From an uncultured virus (IMG/VR IMGVR_UViG_3300043411_001904) (taxonomy: Duplodnaviria; Heunggongvirae; Uroviricota; Caudoviricetes), in the IMG/VR virus record IMGVR_UViG_3300043411_001904: a stretch of 64,000 nt of DNA; one strand, given 5' to 3'. Every line of letters starts with the position of its first letter. Position 1 is the stretch's first letter. The notes beneath the pieces are model-generated. The model saw nothing but the letters and a program-made list of their open reading frames with translations, ran no database searches and was not told where the DNA came from. This document shows positions 44,529 to 55,443 of this stretch, piece after piece. The position numbers and the translations under genes were made by a program.

Positions 44529-44856
44529 TATTCAAAAAATTAATCACAACTATATAATAAGAATGATTATTTTCTCAGCATTTTTATACAAGTCTGATAT
44601 AAAGAACCAAGACCAATATCAAAAAAATGTTCAAGAATTTATCTCTAAAAAATTACCCAATATTGAAGTAACTATATCCTCAATTAGTTTATCAAAAGAT
44701 GAGTTTAGGGATATGACTCTAGATAAAATTCTATATGATGAAGAGTCTAATATTTCTGATTTTATAGTCTTCAAATTCAAAACTTCTATTAAGGAAGTAA
44801 ATTTACAAATAGATTTAGGAAATCCAGATAAATATGAATTATTCCTATATGCTTAA
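44521..44856 (+). CDS. hypothetical protein
   Basis: internal FRDMTLDKIL. Confidence 0.5.
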   Translation: MLDIQKINHNYIIRMIIFSAFLYKSDIKNQDQYQKNVQEFISKKLPNIEVTISSISLSKDEFRDMTLDKILYDEESNISDFIVFKFKTSIKEVNLQIDLGNPDKYELFLYA

Positions 44857-47800
44857 ACAGCGGTTATTTCTTCGATCGACATAATGATAGGACCCACAAT
44901 AGCGTTTCTACGTATCATCATCAAATACCTCTGACCGGAAGTAATATTAGCTGGTAAAGTTACACTAGATTGCTTTTGCCAAGTACTGCTCGTCCAAGTA
45001 AATGCATGTGTACCACTATCCCCAGTAAATATAACCCAGTTCATGGTTGGACCAACGCTTCCAGTTGAAAACTTCACTGTTGCATCAGCGCTTATTGTAA
45101 TTGCTAAAAATGGAGTAGATGTGCCCAAATTAAGTGTTAAATCACCAGGGGTACTGTGTGTGGATACGGTCGTATCCTCTATCACAGGTCTCTGAATCTG
45201 CATATTAATGCTCCCAGTATTTGCACCAGCACCCAATACACTTGAGAGAGAAGGAGCACTACCCACACTAGTACTAACTGTGTACCAAGTTCTAAAATAT
45301 CTAGAATCGCCACCATTAGAATCGAATATATCAGGACTAGCAGATACACAAGAAAGATAAAAAAGCCAATATGATGGGATAGGCTGCTCAAGATGTCCTA
45401 TTGTATAAACACAATATTGACCATTCATAAATACCTCTAGATACATCACTCTACTACCCACGCTATAAGCATTGGTAAGTATATCATTCCATATACTATC
45501 TCTATCCACACCCAATTGATCAAATTGACTAACAACCATCTCAGTTACAGAAAGTGGGTTAGGATCATTTACTGAAAAATTACCAGATCCTGGATCAGTT
45601 GATGTATCAAATGTGCTATACAAAAAATATGGAAAGCCACCCTGTGGTGGGGATCCATATCGATTAAGTTCTTTCATATCAGATTTAATCTCCCCAATTT
45701 CAGATTGAACAGATCCAAGCGAATCGGATGGAGACACCACTCCATAAGGCGGGAACGAAACTACTGTTGGAGCTGGATCAGGCCCACTATCAACTGTCCA
45801 TTCTACAACACGGTCTGGAGCAATGACATTTTCAGTACTTGAAAAAATCAACACTCCACCATGGTATATTTCCCATTGAGATCCACTCCAAGAAACATCA
45901 AATGCATTAATAAAGGTTGGGTCTGTACCGCCCTGATACCAACGACCCCTACCATTTAGATCTGTGTATTTAGGATATACGCCTCTCCAAGTTGGTACAG
46001 TTGGAGAATTTCCTTGAAGATGAATGGCCTCTAACATATTAATATCATATCCATCAAGAACAACAGCTGGTCCTGTATTCCCATTCACACTCACCACACT
46101 AGATACGCCTTGAAATCCTTGAATACCAGTAGACCCTGTTCCACCAGATGCTCCTTGGAAACCTTGATTACCTTGGAAACCTTGAATACCAGTGATTCCT
46201 GTTCCTCCCTGGAATCCTTGATTACCTTGAAATCCTTGAAATCCAATCGGTCCCTGGAATCCTTGTCTTCCTTGGAATCCTTGTCTTCCTTGCAAACCAA
46301 CAGCTCCTTGTCTTCCTTGTCTTCCTTGTACCCCCGTCACACCATCTCTTCCTTGGAATCCCTGAAAACCAGTAGCTCCTTGAAATCCTTGACGACCTTG
46401 ACTACCAGTAGAACCAATACCCATCTTAACAAACGAAATAGAACAATCTTCTAAAGCAGTAAATGACCCCTCAGAAGAAATTAAAGTATAATAATAATCA
46501 ATAAATGTTGATTGATCTATAATCGAATCAACTTGATAGATTCTAAAAATTTGATGATCAGATTTACTAACAACAGAAATATAATCTCCAATTGAAATGG
46601 ACTCTACCCAAGTGGTAGCATCAACTCCAAAGCTGGCTGTTTTGGAGATAGATAAAACTGTTCCAGGAGTTGGCCATGGCTCAAGGTCGATACAGAAATA
46701 TCCATATGGACTTGGAAGAGTTGTCAATGCAACTGATGAATATGTCCATCCCAGACTATTAGACCCATCGACTCCCATAAATCCTTGAATACCACGAAGT
46801 CCTTGAATTCCCTGTGATCCTGATCCACTAGATGAAAAAGTACCAAAGTCCGCAATATTTAAATATCTAACATTATGATCTGTGTCTCTTATTAATACTT
46901 GATCAAAATCAATATCCTCTTGTCTAGCTCTTTCAATATGTCTTAATTGCAAATAAGGAACTGAGTGTCTAACATCAGTTGTCATTTCCCCAAACAAACT
47001 AATATTCTCATACCCATTATCTACATGAGTACCATAGGAATAAATAACAGCAGGATAAGTAGAGAGTGTTGCTGAGATCGATGATCTTTCCGCAACAGAC
47101 TCAACAATACATTGATGTAGGTGGATTGATGTCGCTAATCCTAGTCTAACAATTCCTCGAACAACTTCACCTCGATATAAGGTAAATGAACCACCAACCA
47201 AAACTCTATTATCGGGCTGAACTTCAATTGCATTAACAATACCATTTCCAAAACCACCATCAAAATCATCTAGTAGATTTCCATCCGAATCTAATTTAAC
47301 AATTCTACCAACAGGTGTTCCATTAAATTCAGTAAAAGCACCACCAATCAATAAATTGCCATAATTATCTTCCTTTATACAATTAACATTTCCATTAAAT
47401 CCTGTACCAACATTTGTGTTAAATGTCAAATCAACATCATATACTGGATCTAGTTTTATAATTCGAGTAGCAGAATATGTAACCCCACTAATACCATATA
47501 CAGTAAATTGACCCCCAATTATTGAAGAGTCATCAGTCACTGACGGATGCCCATTGAATAAGTGATAACATAAAGCACTACCATTAAATCCTTCATCAAT
47601 AGATGGATCAAATATTCTTGTATAAACACCCATTGGAGTCAATTCAACAATTCGATTTGTATCGGTAAGATAAACAGCTGGATGAGTGTAATAGTGATTT
47701 GATTGAGTGAAATGTCCAACTACCAAAATATTACCGTCAGTTCTAACGCCACCAACAATTGCTGTTGAGTTGGGTTGATTAAACCTCATTCCTGATAATG

Positions 47801-50513
47801 AACCAGTATTACTAGGGGTACCAAATCCTGATACCACAGATCCTGTAGATGTATGTAGTCTCAAAATCGGACTTACAGCATCTGTATTTTGATATCCTCC
47901 AACTAAATATCTTCCACTCTGATCAACATCAAAGAAAGTTACACTCTGTATAGCCCCAAATGCCGAATATTGCTGCTGTAAAAAGACATCATCTTTCTGA
48001 TCATTTTCATTAAATTTATAAATTCCTCTTCGAGACTGACTAGATGAATTATTACCAAAAAGTATAGAATTATCATTCTCATCCAAATGCAAGAACCCAA
48101 TTGGTCCCAAGCTTATTCTAGTTGGCTGGTTTGGACCAGCTGGATCATCCACGGTTGGGAAAGCCGGAGGATATCCTTGATAGAAAGCAAATTGATCCAA
48201 AACTTTATCAAATTTAAAATCTCTAGATCCATCATTGTAAACTCTATACAATGATGGAAGTTCTAATAAACCATTTGCAGAGTATGTTGACCCAACAGTA
48301 TGATATCCAACAAATGAGTCATTATAATAATCAAATGACCCACCCAAATATATTCGATCACCATCTGGATCCATAAGTATCGTAGCAACAGAAACAGAAG
48401 TTCCAACGCCCGACTTAAAACTAGTATCCCTTAGATATCCAATCCCCTCAGAATCGATTATTATCGGAATTCCTGGAGATATGTTAGTATTACCAAAAAC
48501 AAATGTTTGATCCAATGAGATAATTGTTCGGCTAAAATGAATATCAGATTCAGTTACTCTATAATATAAAACACTATTTGTATGTGTCAATCCTCGTGGA
48601 GCCACCAATCTAGCAAACCCTGATACATCATAGGCCATTCCCGAAAATGTACCTAGATTTCTATCATAGTCCCCAAATAACCAATTATGCCCATCGATAG
48701 CTGTTACACCAGTTGTCAAACATTCAACAACAACGCCCTCACTCAAACTCCAATCAACACCATCTTTACCTAGCATATAGTCATTGGAATAAGTACCAGG
48801 TCTTACATTAATAGTATCTCCCCAAAGAGCATCTTCTTGAGCAGCATATAATGTCAAATATGGAAGATCGAATCTTTCGGGAGTTCCTAAGATATCATTT
48901 CCATAAACTGAATCAACCCATAGTTGTCGACCAGTAAAGCTACTGCCTGTAGGTCCAACTTCTCCCTGTGGACCACCAAATGGTCCTTGTAGCCCTGTTA
49001 TTCCTTGAATACCTTGATATCCTTGAATACCCGTTGATCCTGTTGATCCAGATCCTTGGAATCCTTGTAATCCCGTTGATCCCTGGAATCCTTGGAATCC
49101 TTGATACCCTTGGAAACCTTGGAAACCTTGATATCCTTGGAAACCCTGAACACCCGTTGCGCCTATACCAGCAAATTCACCATCTATTCCCTGTATTCCC
49201 TGAATACCAGTAGGTCCAATTAGACCCGCTGGACTAACCGTAGAATCTACCGGAACAGCAGTACTAACAGTTGGATTACCAGGATAGCATAAATTCAATA
49301 ACTGAAGAACATCAGGATCATAGGATGTTGATGGTGTAGGACCAACGACTAAATGATATCCATAATACGGACCTATATAAATAATTTGCCCTATCGATGC
49401 CCATGATGAATTTTGAACAGCTAACGAGAATGTTTCCCCACATGGAGGAACTGTATTTCCAGTTGTTATTGTATATGTAAAAGCATTTATTCCACTTGCT
49501 CCTTGACCACCACTTGAACCAGTCGATCCTTGGAATCCAGTATTACCTTGGAATCCCTGACGACCTTGGTATCCTTGGAATCCCTGATCTCCGGTTGGAC
49601 CACCCCAGAATGTTGCTCCGGTTGGGCCCATATATCCTTGGAATCCCTGATCTCCGGTTGGACCACCCCAGAATGTTGCTCCAGTTGGACCTGTAAATCC
49701 TTGACGACCTTGATATCCTTGAAAACCCTGTCCACCAGTTGATCCTGTAAATCCCTGAATACCAGTATTACCTTGAATTCCAGTATTACCTTGATACCCC
49801 TGAACTCCTTGATCTCCGGTTGGACCACCCCAGAATGTTGCTCCAGTTGGACCAGTAGATCCATAATCACCCTGTCTTCCTTGAAGACCTTGAAATCCCT
49901 GAAGTCCTGTATGTCCAGTAATGCCAATCCCCGGAAGACCTATAGTACCGATTTCTCCTTGGAAACCTTGGAAACCGATAACCCCTTGTCTTCCTTGACG
50001 ACCCTGGAATCCCAAATCTCCCTGTGATCCCGTAATAGAAGCACCTTGGAATCCACGATCACCAACTCCTTGGAATCCCTGACCTCCCTGAACGCCAATA
50101 TTTCCTTGACGACCTTGAAGTCCTTGTATTCCTTGACGACCTTGAATACCTTGACGACCTTGAATGCCATCATTTCCTTGGAATCCTCTAAGTCCTTGTA
50201 TTCCTTGACGACCCTGGAATCCTTGATGACCCTGAACACCAGTAGCTCCTAAAGGAATTGACTCAGATAATTCAATTGCATATCCAACCAAATTCCACAA
50301 AGTCCAAAGAGGATCTCTAACAGCTTGAGCCGTAATAAAGTTTGTATTATTATCAGGCAATCGATCAACAACCTCTGCCCAATTACTAAAAGTAGCACCA
50401 GAATCCCATTTAAATCTAGACCAAAATGGACTACCTGATGATAGATAGTCAGTATTGGTATTATTGGAGGGTCCGGTTGGGCCTACAGGAAAATCTAGCG
50501 GATCTAAAGGCAT
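44853..50513 (-). CDS. giant collagen-repeat fibre protein with beta-propeller-like repeats
   Basis: 1886 aa; long G-x-Q runs; repeated ILVGGxFT..RIVKL..D units. Confidence 0.8.
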   Translation of the reverse strand: MPLDPLDFPVGPTGPSNNTNTDYLSSGSPFWSRFKWDSGATFSNWAEVVDRLPDNNTNFITAQAVRDPLWTLWNLVGYAIELSESIPLGATGVQGHQGFQGRQGIQGLRGFQGNDGIQGRQGIQGRQGIQGLQGRQGNIGVQGGQGFQGVGDRGFQGASITGSQGDLGFQGRQGRQGVIGFQGFQGEIGTIGLPGIGITGHTGLQGFQGLQGRQGDYGSTGPTGATFWGGPTGDQGVQGYQGNTGIQGNTGIQGFTGSTGGQGFQGYQGRQGFTGPTGATFWGGPTGDQGFQGYMGPTGATFWGGPTGDQGFQGYQGRQGFQGNTGFQGSTGSSGGQGASGINAFTYTITTGNTVPPCGETFSLAVQNSSWASIGQIIYIGPYYGYHLVVGPTPSTSYDPDVLQLLNLCYPGNPTVSTAVPVDSTVSPAGLIGPTGIQGIQGIDGEFAGIGATGVQGFQGYQGFQGFQGYQGFQGFQGSTGLQGFQGSGSTGSTGIQGYQGIQGITGLQGPFGGPQGEVGPTGSSFTGRQLWVDSVYGNDILGTPERFDLPYLTLYAAQEDALWGDTINVRPGTYSNDYMLGKDGVDWSLSEGVVVECLTTGVTAIDGHNWLFGDYDRNLGTFSGMAYDVSGFARLVAPRGLTHTNSVLYYRVTESDIHFSRTIISLDQTFVFGNTNISPGIPIIIDSEGIGYLRDTSFKSGVGTSVSVATILMDPDGDRIYLGGSFDYYNDSFVGYHTVGSTYSANGLLELPSLYRVYNDGSRDFKFDKVLDQFAFYQGYPPAFPTVDDPAGPNQPTRISLGPIGFLHLDENDNSILFGNNSSSQSRRGIYKFNENDQKDDVFLQQQYSAFGAIQSVTFFDVDQSGRYLVGGYQNTDAVSPILRLHTSTGSVVSGFGTPSNTGSLSGMRFNQPNSTAIVGGVRTDGNILVVGHFTQSNHYYTHPAVYLTDTNRIVELTPMGVYTRIFDPSIDEGFNGSALCYHLFNGHPSVTDDSSIIGGQFTVYGISGVTYSATRIIKLDPVYDVDLTFNTNVGTGFNGNVNCIKEDNYGNLLIGGAFTEFNGTPVGRIVKLDSDGNLLDDFDGGFGNGIVNAIEVQPDNRVLVGGSFTLYRGEVVRGIVRLGLATSIHLHQCIVESVAERSSISATLSTYPAVIYSYGTHVDNGYENISLFGEMTTDVRHSVPYLQLRHIERARQEDIDFDQVLIRDTDHNVRYLNIADFGTFSSSGSGSQGIQGLRGIQGFMGVDGSNSLGWTYSSVALTTLPSPYGYFCIDLEPWPTPGTVLSISKTASFGVDATTWVESISIGDYISVVSKSDHQIFRIYQVDSIIDQSTFIDYYYTLISSEGSFTALEDCSISFVKMGIGSTGSQGRQGFQGATGFQGFQGRDGVTGVQGRQGRQGAVGLQGRQGFQGRQGFQGPIGFQGFQGNQGFQGGTGITGIQGFQGNQGFQGASGGTGSTGIQGFQGVSSVVSVNGNTGPAVVLDGYDINMLEAIHLQGNSPTVPTWRGVYPKYTDLNGRGRWYQGGTDPTFINAFDVSWSGSQWEIYHGGVLIFSSTENVIAPDRVVEWTVDSGPDPAPTVVSFPPYGVVSPSDSLGSVQSEIGEIKSDMKELNRYGSPPQGGFPYFLYSTFDTSTDPGSGNFSVNDPNPLSVTEMVVSQFDQLGVDRDSIWNDILTNAYSVGSRVMYLEVFMNGQYCVYTIGHLEQPIPSYWLFYLSCVSASPDIFDSNGGDSRYFRTWYTVSTSVGSAPSLSSVLGAGANTGSINMQIQRPVIEDTTVSTHSTPGDLTLNLGTSTPFLAITISADATVKFSTGSVGPTMNWVIFTGDSGTHAFTWTSSTWQKQSSVTLPANITSGQRYLMMIRRNAIVGPIIMSIEEITAV
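49586..49850. repeat. three direct repeats encoding GPTGATFWGGPTGDQG
   Basis: gatctccggttggaccaccccagaatgttgctcc at about 49586, 49649 and 49811. Confidence 0.85.
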
Positions 50514-50562
50514 CTATCTAAAAGACTAATTTTTCATATATATTAATTTTATTGTTTTTAAT

Positions 50563-51075
50563 TTGGAAAAATTCCATACATTTGTAGAAATCAAACCAAT
50601 CCAAACACCTATTAAGGAAAACATGAAAGATTTTGATATAACCGGATTTGTTAGATTTCCATCAGAAGATCGAAAGGATATAAAAATATCCAACTCAACA
50701 CAAACCCTAATATATCTGATTGCCATAGATATAGAAGGAAACATGTCCAACATCAAACTAAATCCCGGTGGAATTTTTCTAGGAGACGATATGACATTTC
50801 AAGCTCCAAAAGTATCATGGAATTCTGATATTGAAAAAATAATCGAATCTCTGAAATACGAAAGTCAGCAAATAATTAATGATGATAAGTCTATAAATTT
50901 ACTATCATCAATACTAATTGGATGGTCAAACTTGAACTACACCAATAAAAGTGATACCTCTCCTTGGATATGTAGCTTTCGAGATCTAACTAATGAAGGA
51001 CGAAAGCTTTATTACTCAATTCGAAAACTCCACAACGAATCTGAAATAAGATTACTTACTTTTAACAAAATATAA
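50563..51075 (+). CDS. hypothetical protein
   Basis: 170-aa ORF; start uncertain. Confidence 0.55.
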   Translation: MEKFHTFVEIKPIQTPIKENMKDFDITGFVRFPSEDRKDIKISNSTQTLIYLIAIDIEGNMSNIKLNPGGIFLGDDMTFQAPKVSWNSDIEKIIESLKYESQQIINDDKSINLLSSILIGWSNLNYTNKSDTSPWICSFRDLTNEGRKLYYSIRKLHNESEIRLLTFNKI

Positions 51076-51076
51076 T

Positions 51077-52312
51077 ATGCCTTACGAAAGAAAAACAGTT
51101 GATATCAATTCGTCCGAGTCATTTAGAAATTATCTATCTAGGTTCAAAAAAACATCAGAAATTGCTGATATTTTACATAAAGAAAGGATTGATAAAGATA
51201 TTGTACTAGAAAATCATATTGATTACATATCAATATCTGAGGGGGACCCAACTAAAATATCCTACCTCACAAAAGAAAGAATTGAACTCATCAAAAGCAG
51301 AAATGAATGTCTATGGACATCATCCAAGAGATTTCATTGTAAGCCGGGAGCCTTTGTATCGAAAATTCTAAAGGACATCTCTTCAAAAAGCATTGAATCA
51401 TTTTCCAATCAATATAAGTCACTAGCGACTCAACAAGAATTTAAATTTGAAATCGTAGATGGTGCAAAAATCAAAGATTTCTATTATCAAGAATCATATG
51501 TATCTCAGAAGGGATCAATAGGTGCTTCTTGTATGAAATATGAAAAGTGCAAAAAGTACTTTAACATATATTCAGAAAATCCCGATGTGGTGAAAATGTT
51601 GATCATGAAGAATGAAAACGATCTAATACTCGGTAGATCCTTAGTGTGGAATTTCACATGGGAAGGTGTAGATTATAAAATAATGGATAGAATCTATACC
51701 ACAAAAGATGAAGAACTATCTATATTTTTTAAGAATTGGGCCTCCGACAATGGATACCTATATAAAAAGCACCAAAACTGGTCCAACACGCTTCAATTCG
51801 AGGGATCTGAATCTGAGGTGAGAGTTGGGATTAAACTAAAGAATTTTACATTTGACTATTACCCATACCTTGATACATTCAAGTGGGTAGATTTTGAAAA
51901 AGGAATCCTATACAATTATCTACCAAATTATTTCAAAAGAGAAAACAAATACCACAGACTATCTTGTGGACCGGAGGGATACACTGAGTGGGCTGATTAT
52001 CTATCATTCGACGAAATCGACCGGAATTGGGGATACAAAGGGGATATCATAAATGTTGATGGTATTATGACTAGTATCGGAAATTGTGTCTATAGTGAGA
52101 CCTTTGATAAATACATCCTCAAAAAAGATTCTATTTGGAGCGCTGAACTAAGAGACTATATCTATAGTGATAGACTAAAGATAGATATCAATCTCATAAA
52201 AAAGAGATTAAATTTACTAAACAAGCCATTTTCAGAGTGGATTGTCAATATGTATGGCCCACAGAAAAATGATATTTATGAAATTGAACTAGACGGTGGC
52301 GCGGGATCATAA
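51077..52312 (+). CDS. GASCM..GRSLVW..MDRIY..YPYLDTF family protein
   Basis: paralogue of 40912..42594. Confidence 0.7.
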   Translation: MPYERKTVDINSSESFRNYLSRFKKTSEIADILHKERIDKDIVLENHIDYISISEGDPTKISYLTKERIELIKSRNECLWTSSKRFHCKPGAFVSKILKDISSKSIESFSNQYKSLATQQEFKFEIVDGAKIKDFYYQESYVSQKGSIGASCMKYEKCKKYFNIYSENPDVVKMLIMKNENDLILGRSLVWNFTWEGVDYKIMDRIYTTKDEELSIFFKNWASDNGYLYKKHQNWSNTLQFEGSESEVRVGIKLKNFTFDYYPYLDTFKWVDFEKGILYNYLPNYFKRENKYHRLSCGPEGYTEWADYLSFDEIDRNWGYKGDIINVDGIMTSIGNCVYSETFDKYILKKDSIWSAELRDYIYSDRLKIDINLIKKRLNLLNKPFSEWIVNMYGPQKNDIYEIELDGGAGS

Positions 52313-52362
52313 TCAAATTCTATTCAGATAAAACCATATCAAATGTTTCTATATAATGAAAT

Positions 52363-53103
52363 ATGGTTGAATCTATGCTTAAGAAACTCGAATGTTTCAA
52401 TGACTCAAATTTTAAATTCGATCCCTCCCAACATAAATACACATATGATGGGAAAACATATACATCTGTAACTCAATTCATTCAGCAATTTCATAAAAAA
52501 TTTGATCAAGAATATTGGTCAAAAAAGAAATCCGAAGACAGGGGTATCTCTCAAGAAGAGATTTTAAAAGAGTGGAAAGATAAAAATGAGTATGCTAATT
52601 TAGTAGGAAGTGAAACTCACCAATGGATAGAAGACTATTTCAACGGAATACATAAAAAAATACCAACAAATTTAGATATTGTTGATCGAATAAATAAATT
52701 CAATATTATTTATGCTAAGGATATTCACAAACTAACACCTCTAAAATTTGAAACAAGAATATTTTCAAAAAATTATCCGATAGCAGGAACCATCGACTCA
52801 CTTTTCCTATATAAGAATAATCTTATAATATTTGACTATAAAACGAATGGTAAGTTCACAAATGATGAACATATAGATGGAAGATGGGAAAATCTATTGG
52901 ATCCATTTCAAGATATATTCCGTAATCACCTAAACGAGTATTCAATTCAAGTATCATTATATTCTTTGATTCTACAAGAGTGGGGATTTGATGTTAGAGC
53001 ATCATACCTATTACACATAGGACCAACTGAGGATCCAAAAATCTATAAAGCTCACGATTTCAGAAATAGACTTGATACATATATGAAAAATTATAATTGG
53101 TAA
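52363..53103 (+). CDS. PD-(D/E)XK (Cas4/lambda-exo-like) nuclease
   Basis: SVT, GSETH, E..AGTID..DYKT, YSIQVSLY. Confidence 0.85.
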   Translation: MVESMLKKLECFNDSNFKFDPSQHKYTYDGKTYTSVTQFIQQFHKKFDQEYWSKKKSEDRGISQEEILKEWKDKNEYANLVGSETHQWIEDYFNGIHKKIPTNLDIVDRINKFNIIYAKDIHKLTPLKFETRIFSKNYPIAGTIDSLFLYKNNLIIFDYKTNGKFTNDEHIDGRWENLLDPFQDIFRNHLNEYSIQVSLYSLILQEWGFDVRASYLLHIGPTEDPKIYKAHDFRNRLDTYMKNYNW

Positions 53104-53132
53104 ACTTTATAAAAAATAATCATAGAAAAATC

Positions 53133-53621
53133 ATGAAAATATTTATAGTAAATTTCGAGCAAATCATAAAAAATTATACACCATATCAAAATTCTTCCAA
53201 GGAAATTGAAAATGAGAAAAATAAATTTACCAACAGAGTCCAAGAAATCAAAAATGAAATGGAGACAATCGTCAATTCATCAAGGCTTTTAGTACTTGAC
53301 CAATCTCTAAAGGAACAAAATGGATTAAAGCTAAGAGAACTTCAAGCAGAGGGAATGAAACTTGAATCAGAATTCAGGTATATGATATCTCAAAAACAGA
53401 ATGAGATTCTAGAAAAAAACTTCTCTGAAATTTCTGATATTGTTAAAAAATGGGCTACTGACAACAAAGCAGACATTGTATTAAACAATAACTCTATAGT
53501 ATTCTCAAAGGAATCTCTAGATGTCACTGATAAAATAGTAGACATATTAAAGAAAGAGAATCTATATTCAGAGTGGATCGAATCAGAAAATTATGCTGAG
53601 GTATCACAGGAATTAAATTAA
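53133..53621 (+). CDS. OmpH/Skp-like coiled-coil chaperone lacking a signal peptide
   Basis: IVNFEQIIKNY..coiled coil..IVKKWA..ADIVL..LDVTDKIVDIL. Confidence 0.65.
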   Translation: MKIFIVNFEQIIKNYTPYQNSSKEIENEKNKFTNRVQEIKNEMETIVNSSRLLVLDQSLKEQNGLKLRELQAEGMKLESEFRYMISQKQNEILEKNFSEISDIVKKWATDNKADIVLNNNSIVFSKESLDVTDKIVDILKKENLYSEWIESENYAEVSQELN

Positions 53622-54773
53622 ATACTCAATAGCTTGAGTATATAGATCTATCATATTCTTATCATATGTTTTTTCATCATCCCAACTTGAAAAAGTAATT
53701 TTAGATTGTAGCTTCTGAGAAGCAGTAGCTGTGAAGAAAGACTGACTCAATCCAAAAGAATTATTAGACTTTATCCAACTAATATCATCACTTATCAAAA
53801 ATGATGGAGATTCCTTAAGATAGTTAGAAATAAAATTAATTTGAACACTCGAAAAGTTAAAATCAATATCAACAATGGAATCTTTATAAACCGAGAGTCC
53901 AACAACCTCTCCCAAATTCACATCAATAATTTTACTACCCGAAACACTAAAAGTAGATCCCCCGGTGTAAAAATATTCAGAATAACTTTGAGTACTAACT
54001 GAAAACTCTACAAACTTAGAAGTAGACTTATTGTAATTAAAAATCGAAACGAAAAAAGATCCTGTTCCGCTATAAGGAAACACATCAAATTGGAAATCGA
54101 TTTCTAATTTCTGATCAAATAAAGATTGGTATCGACCATTAGACATAATAATAGACAGAGAAGATTCGGGATTTGACATAATTTGATAGATGTGTCCCCT
54201 CTCAACTCCTAAGACTGTTAACCCACTCTGAATCCTCTCTCTAGAATCAAAATCTTGCAAATATGAAGATTGGGTAGATGTTGATATAAAATCACAATCA
54301 TAATCATTCAAAAAAGAATTTGGAATGACCTGATTAACTGTAACCTCTAATGATGTTTTTTTTACATCTAGAATACTAGAATTTCTATGTGTTTGGTAGT
54401 CATTTGGATTTTTAGATTGAAATATTTCTTTTATTTCTCCTAATTTTCGAGTCGGATTAGTTCCTTCAAGAAAGTAACCAAGTCCTTGATTATAAATTCC
54501 ATTCACTCTAAAAAGGCTATATTTTTGATCCTGAAGTGTCGTATTTGTCTTAAATAAAACCTTAGTCCAAGTTTTCTTTTTCACATCATCCGCTGTAAAA
54601 TCATCAACTTCCAATCCATAAGACAAATAGAGACACTGTTTGAACTGATTCCAATTTCCTTTCCGAATATACTCATCAATCAACTCATAATATTGTAGAT
54701 AATTTTCACGACCTTCCTTCGCAATCTTATCGATTCTCTTATATATTTTTTGTATTTCTCTAGGTAATGACAT
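53613..54773 (-). CDS. hypothetical late/structural protein
   Basis: 386 aa; ATATATA upstream. Confidence 0.6.
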   Translation of the reverse strand: MSLPREIQKIYKRIDKIAKEGRENYLQYYELIDEYIRKGNWNQFKQCLYLSYGLEVDDFTADDVKKKTWTKVLFKTNTTLQDQKYSLFRVNGIYNQGLGYFLEGTNPTRKLGEIKEIFQSKNPNDYQTHRNSSILDVKKTSLEVTVNQVIPNSFLNDYDCDFISTSTQSSYLQDFDSRERIQSGLTVLGVERGHIYQIMSNPESSLSIIMSNGRYQSLFDQKLEIDFQFDVFPYSGTGSFFVSIFNYNKSTSKFVEFSVSTQSYSEYFYTGGSTFSVSGSKIIDVNLGEVVGLSVYKDSIVDIDFNFSSVQINFISNYLKESPSFLISDDISWIKSNNSFGLSQSFFTATASQKLQSKITFSSWDDEKTYDKNMIDLYTQAIEYLI

Positions 54774-54821
54774 ATATTATATATCTATTGATTTAATTTA
54801 CATTTAAAATTTTAAGTCAAA

Positions 54822-55436
54822 TTACGGATATACTTCGATAGAAATGGAAGTATCACCAAGTAATCCATCAACACCAACACCCCCCGAAAAGGATTTTACG
54901 ACAACAGCATCTGGCGCATACTCACTAGAAGCGTATGAAAAATATCCATTAACACTGTCATTCACACCCCCCAAAAACACAAGGGTTTTATTAGCCAAAA
55001 ACACTCCCGTCAATGTTCCTGAGTAAATTCCAGTGAAATCTCGCGTCCACACCACCGTGCCTCCAAGGGTGTTCACGAGAACAGTTGCAACGGGGGCATC
55101 GGTTCCGCTTTGGTTGAGGATGGCCTTATAGACCTTGACACCTCCATCAAAATTAACATAATTGGTAATCTCAGGCTTTGAGACCTCAGGATATTTTTCC
55201 TGAAGAGAACTAACTTGCTCTTGAATCCTACCTATTGCAGTCTTGGCCTCAATCAAAGTAGAAAAGTCTAAGGAGACCTTTCGATTAGATGAAGTTATCT
55301 CAACTATATTATTTCTAGTCCTTAAAGCAATTCTAAATGGATTAAAAATATGCTTAACCTCGTTATTCGAATCGTAGATTTTCAATCTAGTATCTGAATC
55401 AAGTAGTGGTCTAAGAAAAGTATCTAAAGTATACAT
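54822..55436 (-). CDS. structural protein with GC-richer C-terminal domain
   Basis: KVYKAILNQSGTDAP..NTLG..WTR..GIY domain. Confidence 0.6.
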   Translation of the reverse strand: MYTLDTFLRPLLDSDTRLKIYDSNNEVKHIFNPFRIALRTRNNIVEITSSNRKVSLDFSTLIEAKTAIGRIQEQVSSLQEKYPEVSKPEITNYVNFDGGVKVYKAILNQSGTDAPVATVLVNTLGGTVVWTRDFTGIYSGTLTGVFLANKTLVFLGGVNDSVNGYFSYASSEYAPDAVVVKSFSGGVGVDGLLGDTSISIEVYP

Positions 55437-55443
55437 TATATTT

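Noticed and set aside
44853..50513. CRISPR array or separate antisense genes in the repeats
   Set aside because: The repeats are in-frame collagen triplets; the short overlapping ORFs are shadows of that periodicity
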